The notes: a model not told the origin generated them from the sequence alone. A stretch of DNA of 64,000 bases from an uncultured delta proteobacterium (GCA_963752595.1 CAVVYZ010000009.1:192001-256000), one strand, 5' to 3'; positions 32,518 through 47,021 are shown, numbered from the stretch's first letter. A program made the numbers and translations.

Positions 32518-33822
32518 ATGGGTACATATTACATGGATATGGGAGTCCGGTTGAATAGTCTTCTTGTCCTCTTCCTTTCTCTCTATGCCGTTGCCGTGGC
32601 TGTACGCATGGGTCTGTATCTCTTGAACACCAGACATTTACGAAAACACGGCCACGAGGTGCCGGAGGAATTTCAAGGGATTGTTGACCAGGAGATGTTG
32701 AATAAAATGAGGGACTATACTATCGCGACTGCCAGGCTCGGGGCCGTCGAACAGCCGGCGTACGATATTTTTCTCATTGCGTTGCTCCTGAGCGGCCTGC
32801 TCCCGTGGCTCACGGGAGAGATATCCTCCTACGGCATGAGTTTCATCGTATCGGGCGTTGTGTTTTTCTTCCTCTGCTACCTCATCCTGGGCGTATTCGA
32901 GATCCCGTTCGATCTCTTCAGGACTTTCCGCGTCGAAAAGAGGTTCTCATTCAGCACCATCACGGGCCGTGTCTGGGTTACCGACCTCATCAAATCCATC
33001 CTCGTCTCGGCCCTGCTTATGGGGGTCTTTCTCTCGGTGTTCTTCGGTCTCATAACGATCGCGCCCAGGAGCTGGTGGTTCTGGGCCTGGATCTTTTTCA
33101 TCTCGTTCCAGCTGCTGGTATCCTGGCTCTACCCGGTGGTGATCGCTCCCTTGTTCAACAAGTTCGAGCCCATAGAAGAGAAAAGCCTCATGGAGGGAAT
33201 ACGGTCACTGGCAGAGCGCTCGGGCCTTACCGTAAAAGGCATTTACAAGATGGATGCCCTCAAGAGAAGCAGGCACTCCAATGCCTATTTTACCGGGATC
33301 GGGAAATCGAAACGGATCGTGCTCTTTGATTCTTTGCTTCAGGATCACACCCGCGACGAGATCCTCTCGGTTCTTGCCCACGAGCTCGGACATTGGAAGA
33401 TGGGACATGTGAGGAAGCAGCTCATCCTTTCGGTCGCCCTCTCATTCGTGCTGTTTTATGGTGCATACGCTGCAGTAACTCATGAAGGACTATACACTAC
33501 GTTCGGTTTTCCTGCGGTGTCGATCTATGCCGGCCTCTTTATCCTGACTATCCTCCTCAAGCCGGCAGCGTTTCTGATAAGCCCTTTGGGGGCCATGATC
33601 TCAAGGCATTTCGAACGCCAGGCCGACGATTATGCCTATGCGCAGATCGGGTCCGCAGATGCCATGGTGAGCGCACTGAAAGTCCTCGCAACCCAGAACC
33701 TGAGCAACCTCCATCCCGACCCTGTCTATGCCTGGTTCACCTATTCCCATCCGCCCCTTGTCGAACGGATCAGGCGCCTGAAAAAACTAGGGAACAACCG
33801 GGGGCGGCGGTTCCCCGCGTGA
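32518..33822 (+). CDS. M48 family metallopeptidase (STE24/CAAX protease-like)
   Basis: PLFNKFEP, RSRHSNAYFTG.GKSKRIVLFD, AHELGHW, SRHFERQAD, YSHPPL.ERI. Confidence 0.92.
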   Translation: MGTYYMDMGVRLNSLLVLFLSLYAVAVAVRMGLYLLNTRHLRKHGHEVPEEFQGIVDQEMLNKMRDYTIATARLGAVEQPAYDIFLIALLLSGLLPWLTGEISSYGMSFIVSGVVFFFLCYLILGVFEIPFDLFRTFRVEKRFSFSTITGRVWVTDLIKSILVSALLMGVFLSVFFGLITIAPRSWWFWAWIFFISFQLLVSWLYPVVIAPLFNKFEPIEEKSLMEGIRSLAERSGLTVKGIYKMDALKRSRHSNAYFTGIGKSKRIVLFDSLLQDHTRDEILSVLAHELGHWKMGHVRKQLILSVALSFVLFYGAYAAVTHEGLYTTFGFPAVSIYAGLFILTILLKPAAFLISPLGAMISRHFERQADDYAYAQIGSADAMVSALKVLATQNLSNLHPDPVYAWFTYSHPPLVERIRRLKKLGNNRGRRFPA

Positions 33823-33969
33823 GCCATACATGAAAAATCAATACACTGGAGCCCTTGAAACGATATATCCCTGCACCCTACTAGAGCCTTATGCAGTGAA
33901 CAAGGACTACACGATAAAACCATAGTCGATAAACCTCTGTATGCGTAAACCACAGTAAAGGAGGCAGAT

Positions 33970-34761
33970 ATGAAAAAAACAATGACCTTAATGCTATTGC
34001 TTGCAGCCCTTTCGATCCCCGCGGCGGCATCTGCTGCAGGAGTCGAATTCGCCGTCGGTGGATGGTATGTAGATCCCAGCGGTATGATATCGCAAGCCCC
34101 ATTCGGCCCGCGTCAGAATATTAGCCTTTCAAATACAGCCGGCTTCGATAAAGAATGGGAGATCATGGCCAGGGCAAAGATACAGCCGCCCATGCTTTTC
34201 GGAATCTATCTCCAGGCAATCCCGATGTCGTTCAGTTCAACCGATAGCAATGCGTTTGAATTCTCCTTTGGAGACGTGTTATTCAACGCCGGAGACACCA
34301 TCGATTCCGATTTCTTCCTGAACAGTTATGACGCTGCGCTCTACATCCCCATTCCCCTGATTAAAACCGGGACGCTCGGCGTTCTCAGCGCAGAGATCGG
34401 TGCCGGGGCCAGATGGGTGACGCTAAAGGCGGACATAGAAAACACGAGCATTGACGGCGGGCTGATTGAAGGCTCGGCACTCGAGGATACGGAGAGGGCA
34501 ACTGCTGTGTTCCCTGAAGGATATGCAGCCGTCCAGATCAGACCGGTAGAAAAGGTGTCTCTTGAGGGCGAGGTCTGGGGTTACTCCTGGAACGGTGACA
34601 AGTTCTGGTCCCTCGTCGGCAGACTTAAAGTTTTTCCGATCGGACCGTTATTCATTGACGGCGGATACCGCGAGGATTTCTATAACTTCAGGCAGGACGA
34701 TCTGAAAATAAACAATGCCCATTTCAAAGGGCCGTTCGCAGAGGTAGGGCTCCAATTCTAA
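33970..34761 (+). CDS. Outer-membrane beta-barrel protein (TIGR04219-like)
   Basis: Signal peptide, amphipathic strands, C-terminal FKGPFAEVGLQF ending in Phe. Confidence 0.7.
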   Translation: MKKTMTLMLLLAALSIPAAASAAGVEFAVGGWYVDPSGMISQAPFGPRQNISLSNTAGFDKEWEIMARAKIQPPMLFGIYLQAIPMSFSSTDSNAFEFSFGDVLFNAGDTIDSDFFLNSYDAALYIPIPLIKTGTLGVLSAEIGAGARWVTLKADIENTSIDGGLIEGSALEDTERATAVFPEGYAAVQIRPVEKVSLEGEVWGYSWNGDKFWSLVGRLKVFPIGPLFIDGGYREDFYNFRQDDLKINNAHFKGPFAEVGLQF

Positions 34762-35062
34762 AAATGCCACGACTTTTAAAAGTAATTCCTGGCCGGATCA
34801 CATGAGCCGGCGTGAAAAAACTTCAATGAAGAGAATCCTACGCTGAGATAGACAGGAAGATGGGACCGGGATGCATACCTGAGAAATCTTCTCGTCTATC
34901 TCCCCGTATATCTTCTCGTCTCCTTCCCCAAAGAGCTGTTTTGCAGGTATCCAAAAGGCATATCAATAATGAATGGGCAATGATATCATCCTTATCCACA
35001 AGGATTCTCTTCATATTGCATATTGACAAGGGGGGCTCTGCACGAGGACAATACCACCGGCT

Positions 35063-35728
35063 ATGGGAATACTTACTGAAAATGTACGCACTATCCTCTC
35101 GGAGTTGCCCGAGGGTGTAGATGTCGTTGCTGCAGCAAAAGGCCACTCTTCAGACGAAATCCGCGAAGTCCTCGATGCGGGCATCAGGCTCGTCGGGGAG
35201 AATTACCTGCAGGAGGCACGCCTGGTTATTCCCGAGATCGGGAACAGGGCAGCGTGGCATTTCACCGGCCATATCCAGAAGAACAAGGTCAAATATATCG
35301 TACCTCTGTTCGATATGATCCAGACGCTCGACTCACTGCCTCTTGCAGAGGCCGTCAATGAGCAGGCGAAGAAGAACGGGAAAATACTGCCGGTGCTCAT
35401 TGAGGTCAACAGCGCCGAAGAACCGCAGAAGTCCGGTGTGATGCCGGGTGATGTTCCTTCTCTCATCGAGCAGGTCGGTGCTTTGGAAAACATCCTGGTG
35501 CAGGGGCTTATGACCATGGGCCCCTTTCTCGAAGATCCGAAAGGATTAAAGCCCTATTTCAGGGCTACGAGAGATTTGTTCGATAAGATCACGATGATGC
35601 ATGTTCCGAGGGTAGAGATGAAGCACCTCTCCATGGGTATGAGCGATTCCTATCGTATCGGCATCGAGGAAGGTGCCACCATGGTGCGCATCGGCACAAA
35701 GATCTTCGGTCCAAGATTCTATCCCTGA
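35063..35728 (+). CDS. yggS: PLP homeostasis protein YggS
   Basis: VAAAK, GENYLQE, WHFTGHIQKNK, QGLMTM, LSMGMSDSY, GATMVRIGTKIFG. Confidence 0.93.
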   Translation: MGILTENVRTILSELPEGVDVVAAAKGHSSDEIREVLDAGIRLVGENYLQEARLVIPEIGNRAAWHFTGHIQKNKVKYIVPLFDMIQTLDSLPLAEAVNEQAKKNGKILPVLIEVNSAEEPQKSGVMPGDVPSLIEQVGALENILVQGLMTMGPFLEDPKGLKPYFRATRDLFDKITMMHVPRVEMKHLSMGMSDSYRIGIEEGATMVRIGTKIFGPRFYP

Positions 35729-36466
35729 TACGGCCCCGGATCGAAGAGGACATCCATCCCCACACCGGCCCCCAGCATCTCCGCAGCATCGGCACGATTC
35801 GCCGCAATCTCGATGGTCGAGGCGCTCCCGCAGACGAGGGAAAGCTCTCCCGGCGGGATATCGGAGAATGTCCCGGCTATCCGGCCGACCTTCCTCTCCC
35901 CGCATGTTACGGAACACCCATCCTTCAGCTTCACTGAAGGAATGTTGGTGATCACCGTGCCGAACCTGTCGACGTGCACGACCATTTCCCGGGAGGTATC
36001 GAACGCGGCGGGATTATCCAGTTGGAGGCCCGAGGCTCTCCAGAGGTACCCCTTCCATGATTTCGGCAACGACCGGCGCGAAGAGATCCCTTCCGTGGAA
36101 TGTCCGGGATACGGGGCCCTCAGGCCTCCATATTGTTTCGATAACTTCCTGCGCGGGATAAAGAAAGGAAAAGATGCCGTTATCAGGCCCGACAAAGATA
36201 TGCCCTCCTTTCCGGACCGCGAGAGCTGCCCGGGATGTACCCACCCCCGGATCGACCACGCACAGGTGGATGCTCCCCTCGGGGAAATAAGAGAACGAGG
36301 TGGAGAGGAGCCAGGCTGCCGAAATGATGTCATAGGGGCGCACGCCGTGGGTGATATCCACGATGCAGGCATCAGGCATGCGGGAAAGGACCCTTGCCTT
36401 TACCTGGGCCACATACGCATCTTCCAGGCCGAAGTCGGACATGAACGTCACAATACGCCGATCCAT
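35719..36466 (-). CDS. SAM hydroxide adenosyltransferase / chlorinase-fluorinase family (DUF62), frameshift near 36020
   Basis: TFMSDFG..DAYV, DITH, VVDPGVGTSR, GPDNG, TFHGRDLFAP, HVDRFG. Confidence 0.9.
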
Positions 36467-36526
36467 GCCTTATCTATGCGTGGGAGCAGTGCCCAAGTCA
36501 AGTGAACGCTTGCAGGAAACCCTCAC

Positions 36527-37294
36527 ATGCCCTATATTGAATGTATGGTGATACGAGAGGAAAACTGCTTTTATCCCGATCACGTCATGTATTCGGACCC
36601 CTCGGAGCACGGCTTTCAGAAAGAGGATTTCCTGGTCAACGGCAGCCTCCACTGCTGGCTTATCCAGCCCAAGGACCAAACCAAAAACACGACTACGGTC
36701 ATCCATCTCCATGGGAACGCCGAGAACATGACCTCACACGTTACCGCTTCCCTGTTTCTACCCGAGCTCGGGCATCGCCTCGTCACCTTCGATTACAGCG
36801 GGTACGGCCGCTCGAAGGGAGAACCGTCTCTGAAGCAGATTCAGAATGACGCCCGGTCTGTATTCAGACATATCTTCGGGAATCCAGGCATATTCGGCAA
36901 TAAAATCTTAGGGTTCGGACAGTCTATGGGGGCCTATACACTGGCCCGGATCCTCCCTGATTTCCCCGCTCTGGGCGGCGGAATACTCGAGGCAGGCCTC
37001 TATTCCTTCTACGACCTCTTCGTGCAGGCCTATCCCCATATCCGCTGCGAGGTGCCGAACGAGGGATTTTCGGCACTGGATACGCTCCCTTTGAGCACGG
37101 TCCCGAAGCTTTTCATCCACGGCACCAGTGATTCGGTTGTGCCGTATACGCACTCCGTGCGGATGCACGAGGTTGCCGGCGAGCCCAAGGAGCTCATGAT
37201 CCTGGACGGCGTTGGCCATATCGATGCCTTTGTTTCCCGGCACGCCCGGGAGTACATGAACGCCATCATCTCTTTCATCGAGAAAAACAGCTGA
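36527..37294 (+). CDS. Alpha/beta hydrolase
   Basis: HLHGNAEN, FDYSGYGRSKG, GQSMG nucleophile, IHGTSDSVVP, GVGH. Confidence 0.9.
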   Translation: MPYIECMVIREENCFYPDHVMYSDPSEHGFQKEDFLVNGSLHCWLIQPKDQTKNTTTVIHLHGNAENMTSHVTASLFLPELGHRLVTFDYSGYGRSKGEPSLKQIQNDARSVFRHIFGNPGIFGNKILGFGQSMGAYTLARILPDFPALGGGILEAGLYSFYDLFVQAYPHIRCEVPNEGFSALDTLPLSTVPKLFIHGTSDSVVPYTHSVRMHEVAGEPKELMILDGVGHIDAFVSRHAREYMNAIISFIEKNS

Positions 37295-37552
37295 TAAACA
37301 GCGATCCATCTTTTTTTATCCTGTGCAGCCCGGGCAAAGGTTTCCTCGCCTATGGCCTCACAGTTCAGGGTTTTTTTTAAAGAAAAAATAAAACTCCTCT
37401 TGATAAATCGATTTACGACCGTTATATTTCTCTGTAGAGAAACGAACTATCTACGTCCACGATATGAGGGTATTGGCTGGCTCAAAGAGGAGGTTTTTTT
37501 CATTTGCGGGGGGTACGTCCCCCCGCCGGTATCACCAATCCCTCACCATGTC

Positions 37553-40196
<2,644 letters not shown>

Positions 40197-40298
40197 TTAT
40201 CGCCTCTCTCCCTCACAAAGAATCAAATATATGCATTCCTCTTGTAGGTTTTCGAACCTGTAATTTCAAGATGATATGTAGTGAATACACATAATGAT

Positions 40299-40327
40299 AA
40301 AAAAGGGGGCTTGTACATAAGCCCCCG
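40299..40327 (-). terminator. Rho-independent terminator after Hsp20 cluster
   Basis: Minus strand GGGGGCTTATGTACAAGCCCCC-TTTTT. Confidence 0.7.
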
Positions 40328-40357
40328 GAAACAATCTCCAGTAGTTGCTTTTCTTCT

Positions 40358-40867
40358 TTACGAGCTCTTGATCTCGATCTTTTTCTGCTCCTTCTTTCCC
40401 GTTTGAACCTTGGGCAAGGTAACGTTCAGAACGCCCTTCTTGAAGGATGCCTCGACTCTGTCAGGATCTATCTCGCCGGGCACGGGAAGCACCCTTGTGA
40501 ACGATCCGAACGAGCGTTCCATATAATAATTCTCCTTGTCCTTTTCTTCCCTTTCTTCCTTTTTCTCTCCTTTGATGGTTAGAGCGTCCTTGGTCAAGTT
40601 GATATCGATATCTTTCTCATCCATTCCGGGAAGCTCTGCCGTTACCCGGAAGGCCTTTTCGTCCTCGGTCATATCTATCCGGGGAACAAAGGTACCAAGC
40701 TCTTCCATCTCTTCGCCGGCGGGCTTTAAACCGAAGCCTTTGAAGAAGTCATCGAACAGCCGGTTCATCTCTCTCTGGAATGCATCGATCGGCGTCAGCT
40801 CGTGTTCCCTGTTTACCGGAAGATTCCTCCTTCCCCATGTCCACGGAGTCAACGGTCTCATCGCCAT
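40358..40867 (-). CDS. Hsp20/alpha-crystallin small heat-shock protein
   Basis: PRIDMTE, AELPGM, LTIKGEK, ERSFGSFTR, ASFKKGVLNVTLPK. Confidence 0.93.
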   Translation of the reverse strand: MAMRPLTPWTWGRRNLPVNREHELTPIDAFQREMNRLFDDFFKGFGLKPAGEEMEELGTFVPRIDMTEDEKAFRVTAELPGMDEKDIDINLTKDALTIKGEKKEEREEKDKENYYMERSFGSFTRVLPVPGEIDPDRVEASFKKGVLNVTLPKVQTGKKEQKKIEIKSS

Positions 40868-41301
40868 AGTCCACCTCCTTTTTTCATAATTATTCTGCTT
40901 GGATCCATGATCTGTTTCGGTTTTGACGCCTCAGCCTTGGGCAGTATGATCTTCAGAACACCGTCTTTCAGCCTGGCCTCGATCTTATCCCGATCGACGG
41001 CCTCTGTTATGGTGAAGGAGCGGTAGAAGTCGCCTATCCCGTATTCTGCATAGACAAGTCTGTGCATATCTCTCTTTTCCGGTACGCCACCTTGGCCTCG
41101 ATCGTGAGGATATCGTTCTCCAGGGTCACCTTGATGTCTCCTTCACCCGCGCCCGGCACATCCGCATAAAGCAAAGGCTGTCCTTGTCTTCGATATATCG
41201 ACATTCGGGATATAGAGAGCACCGGGCTTCGTCCTCTCGGTGGTGATATTCTGATCCAGTTCCTGCCGTTTCACTTCCCGGGTTTTTTCTAATTCAGCCA
41301 T
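40858..41301 (-). CDS. Hsp20 small heat-shock protein (frameshifted)
   Basis: PNVDIY, YADVPG, LENDILTIEA, EYGIGDFYRSF, ARLKDGVLKIILPK across ORFs 41034..41222 and 40858..41067. Confidence 0.85.
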
Positions 41302-41315
41302 TATCTCACCTCCTC

Positions 41316-41770
41316 TTACGCAGTCTTCACATTGATTTTTTCGGGAGCTCCTGCTCAGCTCGGGGCAGTGTTATTTTCAGGATCCCTTTGAAATAACCCG
41401 CTTCAACCTTTTCGCTGTCCACGTTGAAGGGAAGCTGGATGGTACGGAAGAAACTCCCCCCGCCACGCTCCCTCCGATGCCACGTTTGACCCTCTTTGAG
41501 CTCCTGCTGTTCACGTTTTCCCTTGATCGTGAGCGTATCGCCGGTAACCGTAAGATCTACATCCTCAGGGTTGATACCCGGGATCTCCGAGGTAATGATT
41601 ACCTCTTTTTCGCTGGAGAAAACGTTGACGGGCGGAAACTTTTCAGCACGGAATCGCTCAAGTCCGGAGAAGAGAAAGTTTCCCCAATCCCTTTCTATCC
41701 GTTCGATCTCGCGAATAGGGTCCCAACTCCAACCGATTGTGCCGATTCTTGCCATGACCCCCACCTCCAC
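41316..41770 (-). CDS. Hsp20 small heat-shock protein
   Basis: FPPVNV, SEIPGI, LTIKGKR, RRERGGGSFFRTIQLP, AGYFKGILKITLP. Confidence 0.92.
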
Positions 41771-41914
41771 AATATTTTTTCTTTATGTAGGGTCTTCAGA
41801 ATAGATTTCAAGGGAGGGTGTGAATTTGATCTTGAAAATCTTCTCTCTGTACAAAGGAGCTCTTTTGATGCTAAATATCGAGCCACTTCAGAAGAAAGTG
41901 TGCTTAATAAGGAT

Positions 41915-42128
41915 ATGGCAGCTAAAGGAAAAATAACTATCGATCAAGGGTTGTGCAAGGCATGCGAGCTGTGCATAACCGTCTGTCCTGATGAGGCGAT
42001 CCGGATCTCCGAAGGCCTCAATGACAAGGGTTACCATCCGGCGGAATATCTGCAAGGAATCCTGCAGGGGGTGCGCTCTGTGCGCAGTGATGTGCCCCGA
42101 AGTCGCAATCGAGGTGTTCCGTGGATAA
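41915..42128 (+). CDS. 2x[4Fe-4S] ferredoxin (delta subunit of 2-oxoacid oxidoreductase; frameshifted)
   Basis: [12 protein letters not shown] then, after an indel, [17 protein letters not shown]. Confidence 0.85.
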
Positions 42129-43187
42129 GAAAGTCCTCATGAAGGGCACGGACGCCATCGCTGAGGCTGCGATCCGTGCCGGGTGCAGATGTTACTTCGG
42201 CTACCCCATCACCCCCCAGAACGAGATCCCCGAGTATATGTCGAGGCGTATGGAAGAGGTGGGCGGGGTGTTCCTCCAGGGCGAGAGCGAGATCGCGTCC
42301 ATCAACATGGTCCTCGGCGCTGCCGCCACCGGCATGCGGGCCATGACCAGCTCATCGTCCCCGGGCATCAGCCTGAAGCAGGAAGGGCTTTCCTTCCTGG
42401 CGGCCCTCGAGCTTCCCGCGGTCATCGTGAACATCAACCGCGGCGGACCCGGCCTGGGCAACATCGCACCCAGCCAGGGAGACTACTACCAGGCGACCCG
42501 CGGAGGCGGCCACGGCGACTACCGGATGCCCGTGTTCGCCCCGGCGTCCGTCCAGGAGCTCTACGACATCACCATGCACTCCTTCGACGTGGCGGACATA
42601 TACCGCACCCCGGTCATGATCCTAGGCGACGGCATGATGGGCCAGATCGTGGAGCCCATCTTCGTCAAAGAAGGCCCGAAGTGGAGCTCCCCCCCAAGGA
42701 TTATATCCTCGACGGTGCCGAGGGCAGGCCTTCACGGATCGTCAAATCCCTGATCCTCGACCCCGCCGAGATGGAAGAGCACAACTGGAAGCTCAAGCGC
42801 AAGTACGACCTCATGAAAATGAAGTCTTCCCAGTGGGAAGAATACCTCACCGATGATGCAAAGATGATCATCATTGCCTACGGCACCGCGGCCCGCATCG
42901 CCAAGGGCGCGGTGAAGCGCGCCAGGAGCCGAAGGTCTGAAGGTCGGGCATGATCCGGCCCATCACGCTGTGGCCGTTCCCCAATGAGGCCGTCCGGAAC
43001 GCCGCGAAAAAGACAAAGGTCTTCCTGATCTTCGAGATGAGCACCGGCCAGATGGTGGACGACGTACGGCTGGCCCTCGAGGGAAGGGCCGAATGCGAGT
43101 TCTACGGCCGGCCCGGCGGCGTTGTGCCCGCTGCCGCAGGAAATGGCGCGGATCATCGAGCGCTTCTGGCTGCAGAAGGAGCTGTGA
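42121..43187 (+). CDS. 2-oxoacid:ferredoxin oxidoreductase alpha subunit (VorB-like; frameshifted)
   Basis: [62 protein letters not shown]. Confidence 0.9.
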
Positions 43188-43188
43188 G

Positions 43189-43940
43189 ATGAAGACGGTA
43201 TACGCCAGACCCAAGATGCCTGAAAACCGCACGTCTTCCACTATTGCCCGGGCTGCGGCCACTCCATCGTCCACCGGCTGGTCGGCGAACTCATCGACGA
43301 GATGGACATGCGGGGCAGGATCATCTGCGTGCCCCCTGCGGGCTGCGCGGTGCTTGCCTACAACTACTTCGACATCGACATGTGCGAGTCTGCCCACGGA
43401 AGAGGATGCGCCATTGCCACGGGGTTCAAGCGGGCACGGCCGGACAAGATCATCTTCACCTACCAGGGCGACGGCGACATGGCTGCCATCGGCACGGCCG
43501 AAACCATCCATGCAGCGAACCGAGGGGAGAAGCATCACCAGCATCTTCATCAACAACGCCGTATACGGCATGACCGGCGGCCAGATGGCCCCCACGACCA
43601 TGATCGGCCAGAAGACCTCCACCTCGCCCTACGGCAGGAGAGCGAAGGTCGAGGGATACCCCCTGAAGATCACGAATCTCATCGCCATGCTGCCCGGCGC
43701 AGCCTACGTCACGCGCACCTCGCTGGCGACCCCTGCCAAAATCCGGGCAACCAAAAAGGCCATCAAGAAGGCCTTCGAGGTGCAGATTGCGGGCTCGGGT
43801 ATTCCCTGGTGGAGGTGCTCTCTCCCTGCCCTACCAACTGGAAGGTGACACCCAAGGAATCCTTCGCCTACCTCGAAAACATCATGGAAAAGGAATACCC
43901 CATCGGGGTCATGAAAGACATCACAGCAAAAGAAGGATAA
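43189..43940 (+). CDS. 2-oxoacid:ferredoxin oxidoreductase beta subunit (TPP-binding; frameshifted)
   Basis: HYCPGCGH, YQGDGD..AIG, NNAVYGMTGGQMAPTT, EVLSPCPTNW. Confidence 0.9.
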
Positions 43941-43948
43941 AACTGATC

Positions 43949-44497
43949 ATGCTCCAGAAAACCATCATGAGCGGAATAGGCGGGCAGGGGATCCTGTTTT
44001 CCGGCCTTGCTTTGCCTGGGCAGCAATGCTTGAAGGTCACCATGTCACCTATCTCCCCTCCTATGGTGCGGAAATGCGCGGCGGCATAACCTCGTGCACC
44101 ATTGCCATCTCGGACGAAGAGATCGCATCCCCGGTGGCATCATCACCCGATTACCTGGTGATGATGGACAACGAGTCGCTGCTGCGGCTCCAGAACCAGA
44201 GCGTCTCGGGCGGCGAGGTCTTCATCAACACCAGCATCGTGAACAACAGGCCGGTCCGGGCGGACATCGAAGTGGTGGAGATCCCGGTGAACGATCTCGC
44301 GATCAAGGCAACCGTGGGCGAGCAGTATGCGAACATGGTGATGCTCGGGGCCTTCGTGTACCGGACCCACCAGGTCAAGCTCTCCACCCTCATCGACAAC
44401 ATGGAGCTGATCCTGGGAAAGGGAAAAGACCAAATTCAAAGGCAAGAACATCGAGGCCTTGCAGATCGGTTACGAATTTTTTTCAGGGGAGAAATAG
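43949..44497 (+). CDS. 2-oxoacid:ferredoxin oxidoreductase gamma subunit (frameshifted)
   Basis: SGIGGQGI, PSYGAEMRGG, ANMVMLGA. Confidence 0.9.
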
Positions 44498-44500
44498 GTC

Positions 44501-44930
44501 ATGTCTGTCAAACAGTTGCGTCTTGAGACTGCGAATGTTTCCGGGAAGCTCTCGTATCTCAGCGATGTGCTGGGAAAGCACGGGGTCAATATCCGCGCCA
44601 TATCGGTGGGCCAGGAATCGAAAGAGATCTCGTCCATATGCATCGTCGTGGATGATCCCAAGAAGGCCAAGAACGCTCTGAGTTCCGAGAACATCGAATA
44701 CCTGGAGATCGGCTGTGCTCGCCGTGGAGATGCCGGACCATCCCGGCGGAATGAACGCTGTTCTCAAGCCGCTGCGGGATGCTAAGATCAATGTCATCAC
44801 CATGTATCCCTACATCGGCAGGGCATCGAACCCGATCATGATCATGGAAGTGGACAATATCCCGGTCGCCACGGATGTGCTGAAGCGCAACTGGGTCAAG
44901 CTCTGGGATAAGGAGCTCTATCGCCTTTAA
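44501..44930 (+). CDS. Tandem ACT domain protein (frameshifted)
   Basis: VKQL...NVSGKL...GVNIRAIS and AVEMPDHPGGMNAVL...INV. Confidence 0.8.
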
Positions 44931-45639
44931 GCTTCCGCTCGTTTTCAGGAACTCGTTTCGAAGATTCCTTGTCGACGAGCTTCGGGCATATTTTTCAGGG
45001 TGGTCTGCCCTACGTTCACCATGCGTCTCATATGCATTCAGAGCAGAAGCGCCAAGGCCGAACCCTGCAGGCAGAAGCCGGGATCTGCTCCTGAAGGGAA
45101 GCAGTCTGCGGAGACAACTTCCGCATACCGCTTGCTCACCCCGGATATTCACATACTTCATGGGAAGCGTCTTGGTGACATATTCCTTGCTGATAGCCCG
45201 TAAATCTTCCTTTTTCTCGATGGTACCTATCCCGAACACCTCGCCGAGAATCTCGACGGCGAATCTTTCCATGGCTTGCCTGTCGTCGACGGAGACCCCG
45301 TGGAGACGGCACAGGGCGATGATCAGGGTGACCGACTGGTCCAGGAGAAAGAAGTTCTCCACACCCAGGAGCCAGAACGACAGGATCGTGCCGATGCCCG
45401 GCACGATGGAGGGGGAGTTGATGAGGGCGTTTTTCACGGCCTGGGCCTGGGCCAGGTCTTCGATAAGGCCCTGGAAGGCGATGCTCATCCCTGATTCTGT
45501 CGACTTCTTTACCGGGCCGCATCGGCAAACCGCAGGGCCTTTTCATGTTTCCCCGGACGAGATTTCCCATGAGCAGGAGAAACTGATCTCCAAGGATGTC
45601 CAGGACGTCAGAACCTCTTGCTGCGGTCATTGTCATCAT
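44927..45639 (-). CDS. Hypothetical protein, possibly EcsC-like (frameshifted)
   Basis: SIVPGIGT..., IIALCRLHG, RLLP..GLGASALNAY segments resemble EcsC-type helical proteins. Confidence 0.45.
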
Positions 45640-45820
45640 CCTTGAAATCCCATTGACATATATTACACCTTAATAATATACAAACACATATTTAATTGGA
45701 TATTCAAGAATTTGTAAAGGGGCCAATATTGATAGATGCTCTCCATAAAGGTTCTTCTCTTATGGTCGGCATTTCAAAAAGATACCTGCTCTATCTTATC
45801 CTAACAATAAGGAGGAAACC

Positions 45821-47013
45821 ATGGGTATTAAGTCCATCAAGGACCTGGACTTGAAATCGAAACGGGTACTCATCCGAGTCGATTTCAATGTCCCGCTCGA
45901 TGAGAATGGCAATATCACCGATGATGTCCCGCATAAAGGCAGCTCTGCCCACCATACAGTACGCCATCGACCAGGGAGCCAAGGTGATCCTCATGTCCCA
46001 CCTGGGCGGCCCAAGGGCAAGGTGATAAGAACCAGAGTCTCGTTCCCGGTGGCACGCAGCCTCTCCGAGCTGCTCGGCACAAGCGTGAATATGGCCCCGG
46101 ACTGCATCGGCGACAAGGTGAAGAAGATGGTCGGCGAGCCTCAAACCGGGCGAGGTTCTCCTGCTGGAAAACCTGCGTTTCCACATCGGAGAGGAAAAGG
46201 ACGATCCCGAATTTGCCAGGCAGCTCGCATAGCTGGGCGATGTCTATATCGACGATGCCTTTGCCACGGCCCACCGTGCCGCATGCATCCACTGTCGGGC
46301 ATCTGCAGATTACATCAAGGAAAAGGCCGCGGGTTTCCTCATCCAGACGGAAGTGGAGTACATCAACAAGGCGCTGCAAGGACCCCAAGCGGCCCTTTGC
46401 CGCTAATCGGCGGGGCCAAGGTATCCGACAAGCTCGAGCTCCTGGAGAACCTCATCGACAAGGTGGACAAGATCGATCATCGGCGGCGGCATGGCCTTTA
46501 CCTTCGTGAAGGCCCTGGGCCAGGATACCGGAAAATCCCTGGTGGAGGACGATCTCCTGGATACGGCCCGCGCCATCATGGAAAAGGCAAAGCAAAGGGC
46601 GTCAAGTTTTACCTGCCCGTCGACTGCGTCTGCGCTGCGGACCCCAAAGGCGGCTCAGCGGCATCGTAACCGACCATCCAGGAGATTCCGGCAGATCTCA
46701 TGGGCCTGGATATCGGGCCTGCCTCCATCACCCTGTTCTCCGAGGCCTTGCAGACTGCAGCACCATCGTCTGGAACGGCCCCATGGGGGTCTTCGAGCAG
46801 TAGAGCCTTTGCCTCAGGAACCATGGCGATGGCAAAAAGCGTTGCTTCATCATCGGGATTGACCATCGTGGGCGGCGGTGATACGGATTCGGCACTGCAC
46901 AAAGCCGGCCTGACGGACAAGGTGAGATTTCATCTCCACGGCAGGCGGAGCCTTCCTTGAGATGCTCGGCGGCCGTGTGCTGCCCGGCGTGGAAGGTGCT
47001 GGAGAAAAAGTAG
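45821..47013 (+). CDS. pgk: Phosphoglycerate kinase (multiple frameshifts)
   Basis: [66 protein letters not shown]. Confidence 0.93.
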
Positions 47014-47021
47014 GAACAGCG

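Noticed and set aside
34992-35000. Perfect DnaA box TTATCCACA
   Set aside because: Single copy with no box cluster or dnaA context; compatible with chance, not an origin.
41860-41912. CIRCE-like inverted repeat upstream of the Hsp20 cluster
   Set aside because: AGCCACTTC...AAGTGTGCTT deviates too much from the CIRCE consensus and spacing.
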